From contig NMRA01000632.1 of NCBI GenBank assembly GCA_002633005.1, forward strand, positions 124,001 through 188,000: a stretch of 64,000 nucleotides of DNA, written 5' to 3'. The notes below the pieces were generated by a model. The model was not told the origin of the DNA and did no database searches. It worked only from the letters and a program-made list of their open reading frames with translations. Each line of letters starts with the position of its first letter. Within the stretch, counting starts at the first letter, position 1. Shown here one piece after another: positions 59,243 through 64,000 of the stretch. Made by a program: the position numbers and the translations under genes. This DNA comes from Phoronis australis. Its lineage: Eukaryota; Animalia; Phoronida.

Positions 59243-60246
59243 TAAACATCGCGGCTTTGTTTCTGCGTTTATGAAAACACTACATAACACTTGACCTGGT
59301 GGACGCGCAACATTATGTGATCAAGCGACAATCGGGGTCAGCAGGTCACAACGTTACACACACTAAATTTACAAACAACCCTGAGTCCTCCAGTGAGCCG
59401 GAAACCACCTGAGAACCAGTTAAATTACCATTACAATCTCACGAATCTCGTTTTGTGTGACTATTATGTAATAGCGTATGGTAATATTTCATACCTACTG
59501 AAACACTGAGGTCACAGTTTTTATTATTTCTTTCATTATTAAATAACGATTACGTAATAGTTGAAATTACTTGCGTCTTTATTTGTTCACATTTGTTTTT
59601 TACGTATATCAATTGAGTTGTTTTCGTTAAAACCACAATTACACGTTGTTTGTTATCCTCTTGTACACACAGTTCTCCAGGAAGTCATTAGGTGGCACTT
59701 GCTACAAATTTAAATAGTCACGGTTTTAATGAGACATAGCATCTTTAAAAAACAAACCCATCAAAACTTTAAACGCTGTTCGTGCAACATTTCGTCACTG
59801 ATTTGTAGAGATTGTACAGGAATTTTAAAATTGTAACGCGCCAGTAATGGTGGTTTTGGGAAGAAAGTGAGCGACATTAGCAACTGTTGTAGAAAATATT
59901 TATTGCAAGAAATGGAACGTGCTGATAGCCTTGTAGTCTATTTAGCGGTGCAGTCGCTGGTCTTGATTTCACCGAATGTCTGCCAGACAACACTGAGTAT
60001 TGACATTTCCGGTCGTAAAATCGATATTGTCCATTTAATTTGTAAATTAATCACAGCTTAAAATGCCGATCAGTTAAAATATGTAGTTGGAAAAACCTTA
60101 CTTTTGATCGAAGATTTTTTGCTCACGTTGAAAGTTTGCGGTGCACGCGCACAACTTTTCAACATAGATAAATGACGATGAGGCGCCAAACATGCTCTTT
60201 GCAATCAGTTCACACATGTGAGCCGTGCTGCGCGGATGTACACGTA

Positions 60247-60922
60247 GCGGCGTAGCCAGTTTTGTCTAGAACGCACAAACCATGTCGCACAGCTTCAAAA
60301 GTTTTGACAGTTTAAGTGTGGACAGCGTTCATTTTTTTACTATAGGGCCTACTGTTTTTTCCTACACGTTGAATACGAGGTGTGCAAGAGTTACGAAAAG
60401 TATCCACAGAGAGGTTTAAAAACTGAACTGGCAATTAAAAGCTAAAAAGTTTTTTTCTTTTTTGTCTAAGGCGTGAGTACGTATTTGCGTGTATGGGGCG
60501 ATTTGCATGAAACAATACCAAATAAGTACTCTTACAAAACATGTGTACCTTTGTTTACGCACAAGTGTTATTCTTGTCAATCACTTTATCCTTATCATGA
60601 GCTTACGTTTTCTAATAATACATTTGAAAACTGTGCCCAAATTTCTGTGAAAAGTCCTTAAAATGTTAGAGGCGTTGCGTGAAAAGATTCCTATTTATTA
60701 TCATGAGAACTGGCAACGTACATGTAAATTTGCCCTCACTGTGTATCCAAGCTAAAACTGACTTGATAATGAAGATACATGTAAATAGCATGAGAAAAAC
60801 AAACCCTAGTTGCCGTGCACAAGTACACAAATGCGGAGAAAAGTTTAGGAACATGGTTGAGTCACTATTTGGAACTGTTCCGGCGTCCGTGCACAACGGG
60901 ACATAAGGGAGCTACGCCCCTG
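60247..60922. mobile_element. hAT-like non-autonomous element
   Basis: AGCGGCGTAGC...GCTACGCCCCTG termini. Confidence 0.5.
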
Positions 60923-61855
60923 ATATGTACAATGTAACAGTTGTGCGTTCACTTGTTGAGCTCAAAACTTGACACTTGACGAATGGCGAATAGACCTGAA
61001 TGCGCATGGCTTACGGGTATTTTTGATTTCATGACGGAAAGGTACGTGTGCCATTGGTTGCGTCCTAAATAATGATTTAAAATTGTTTTTACCTTCTCGT
61101 TAGTATAAAAATGGCTGAATCCTTGTTTTTTGCTATTTGGTTGGTTTAGAATTGATTGGAATTGAAGCTAGACAAGATTTCACGAGTTTTCACAGGTTCG
61201 AACCTTTCCCACTAACAAGCTGAGATCATTAGCATTTGATTGCCTACGTCTCAAGACTTTTCTGAGGACAACAATTAAATTCTGTGATTATTGTCAGAGA
61301 ATGCAAGGACACGCGGGTTTGGGAATACCTTATGCCCGAGTCTTAATATCATAATTCGGTTTAATTGGAATTTCAACCGTCATATTTGTTAAACTCTGGT
61401 CCTGCAGTTTTAATTGATGTCATTATTTCAACATGTTACTATACACAAACAATTGCATTCAATAGTGATGCTTACAGGAGAAACTCCTTTAAAGCTGAAT
61501 TCTTATTTTCTCGGAGGCGAATTTAAATTAGAACAGGGCAGCAGCGTCTCTTGTTTCAAAACCTGTTGCATTCGTTTTTAGTCTACTTTCGTTTCTTTGC
61601 TGGTTGGATATCAGAGCGCGCGTAAGTGACCTGATTAGCTTGGAAATAAAACGGACGAATTAATTATTTGAGACATTGTCTGAAGTGTTGTCGGCAGTGA
61701 AGCATACTTGCGTAATTAGACTTAATTCTTGTACAAATAACAAGCACATGACTCGGAGCATGGAGAAATTGAAAGCAGGTCCTCTTGCCAAAATCTGGCA
61801 GATGCAAGCGTGAAATTCGTGTGTCGGGCCCGCATTTGGGTTTCTCTCAGCCAAC

Positions 61856-61913
61856 ATGACGTTTCTTCTCCTGATGGTCTGTTGTTTGGTGACCAGCTTG
61901 CCTATGGTTGAAG
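61856..61913 (+). CDS. Probable first coding exon (signal peptide) of an unidentified secreted or membrane protein
   Basis: ccaacATG Kozak; MTFLLLMVCCLVTSLPMVE(G) hydrophobic core; strong phase-1 donor AAG|gtatgt. No downstream exon identified in the window. Confidence 0.6.
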
Positions 61914-64000
61914 GTATGTGTTCAATACTTAACTGCCGAATTATTTGTTAGATTTTCAACTATTCAAGCAGCCTCGCAATACACACGTACTTGTTTTAAG
62001 GATATTTATTGAAAACAGACCATGGGTCAAATTTGTGTTCGGTCTTACCGGTAACCCCGCTCATCGCTGTATTTGAATTCTGCGCAACAAAAGAAATAAA
62101 ACTTGCTTGGTGAGAAAATGAAAAATTGCAACGAAATGCGTAACACGTTTTGAAAATGGGTCCCTACCCTGAACTGGCGTCTGATGAAACATACACCAAC
62201 GATTATACGAGAAGAGCACGTTCCTGGTGAATAGCGGAATTTATAAATCTATAGCGTTGTGCTTCATAAAAACATGCGGTATTATTCCGGGTGCACGTCA
62301 TCTCGTCAATTCACTCCTTTTTACAGATAACTAAAATTAATGCTTGAGTGAGCATCGCTGAGTATAGATTTGCGGGATGTGAATGAACCAATCAAAAATG
62401 AAACGCAGTACAATTACATGTATATTATTAGCTACACTAACTGACATGGCTTAGACAAGCTCAGCATATTTTAAAAGTCGTATCTGAATACTACTGAATA
62501 TGGCTACACAAATCATTGTAAAATGAGGAATTTCTCGTACCGACAACCAATCGTGGACTTGTATAGCATAATGTTACAGAAGTCCACTTCTCACTAGCCT
62601 ACAAAACATAAATTCAACGACTAGTCGCTGCTCGGACGGAGTCTTTTCACTGATCGGTTTCCCACAATCCTTTGTGCGTATCCAAACGTCTCACGCTCAC
62701 CGTGGAAACCCAATTGCTTATTTATACACTCTAAAAAATGTTCGGCGCCACAAAAATCACTAAAGGTTGTCAATTTTTAACATCGTCGACCGGCCCACAG
62801 GCGACATAAGCGGCTGCTTATAGTCACGCGGCAAACTAAGTATTTATATACCATTGACATTAACACTGAGGTGAATGTTGTCTGTCGCAGTTTATTTAAA
62901 GCCATTCCTAAATCAATTCCAGCGTTTTAGAAAATCTCAAAAGTTAGGACTGGTCATGGTTTTTAGTCTATCAGCCAGAGTGCAGGAACTCAATTTTCCG
63001 TAATGTGCCTGCCATGTCCCTGGCCGGTGGAAAACACATAGGCCTGTAACAGCATGGTTAATTAATTTTTTTTTCAACATTTGTGCTCAGTGTATTAAGA
63101 TTCAATCTCATTTTACATTTACGTTTTAGATACTTTGGCGTCGTGACGTGAGATCCGCCTGTTTCACCTCACAGGCCCTATATGATGGTATTTCTATTTC
63201 TAAAGCTAATTTGATTTGTATTTGCGTGTGGCAACTTCCTCGTAGTGTCAACATTTATTTTAACCAAGTCGTACTCAAGTGAAATAAGTGCAAAATGTTC
63301 TATTTCCCAATTTTATTGGCTCACAGTGTCTAACTGTGGTTTTAGTTACGAAATAAATTAGATACACCTGGAAGTCGAATGTTCAAACTACACACATGTC
63401 CGTATACCAGCGACTAAAATGGGTTATGAAATACGTGTTTAGGGGTCATCCACCCTTGTCCTAACGAACTCATCCCTGCCTAAACCCAGCCATCGATTGG
63501 GTTCTTACCATACACGCTGGTTCTCTCTGAGTCGTCATCGAATTCCCCTAACATACGCAGTGAACTAGCAAGAAGCAAATTTGTCTCATTGTAAAGCGAA
63601 CCTCAACAGTCGGTGGCGGAGACTTGTTCTCCTCTGTCTCACTCCCCCTGTCTATTACAAGCATGTCACGTGTCTTACATAACACAGCAATAGTTGCAGT
63701 ATTACCCAAAAACAGATTTTGCGAGTAATAAATGGATATTATGTCCCGTTTTGTTAATTTCCCCGAAGACGGATTCTGCGACCCACTAGTACACTGATAG
63801 TACTACACCCCCTACCACATCAAAGCATTATTTACCAAATATACTTCTACACAATGTCGCAAAGAGGAACTTGTATTTTTAGTTCCAGATTTATGATCTT
63901 TCACCACCACGTTACTCACGCTTGTTGATTAAACAGCATTTGTAAGGAGTTTTCAAACTTGTTGTAAGGTTGAGAGTGAGCGAGGGTTACAGAGATTTGT

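Overview
AT-rich, intron- and repeat-rich animal (invertebrate-like) genomic DNA with assembly gaps (N at 2128, 5471-5474, 11220-11937). Reading splice sites by hand gives two multi-exon genes on the + strand. The first is a SCY1-family pseudokinase (SCYL2-like, resembling the invertebrate second paralog), 5'-partial, with 18 confident exons plus one candidate 42-nt exon from 7670 to the stop at 45408. The second is a complete six-exon MRPL13 (50379-57085, 200 aa). A probable signal-peptide first exon of a third gene lies at 61856-61913. Introns and intergenic DNA hold decayed transposons: a duplicated DD37D/maT element, an ISL2EU/Harbinger-type transposase, two Penelope-like fragments, CR1 and L1/Tx1 fragments, several MITE families and tRNA-derived heads. 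The most unusual signals are: a SCYL2-like exon whose first 11 nt exactly regenerate the upstream 5' splice site while its own donor is a weak GC; a C-terminal tail dense in [RK][RK]xS motifs; a decayed hammerhead ribozyme at a Penelope 3' end; and strong over-representation of TACATGTA. All family assignments come from motif recognition, not database searches. No prokaryotic system or CRISPR array is present.
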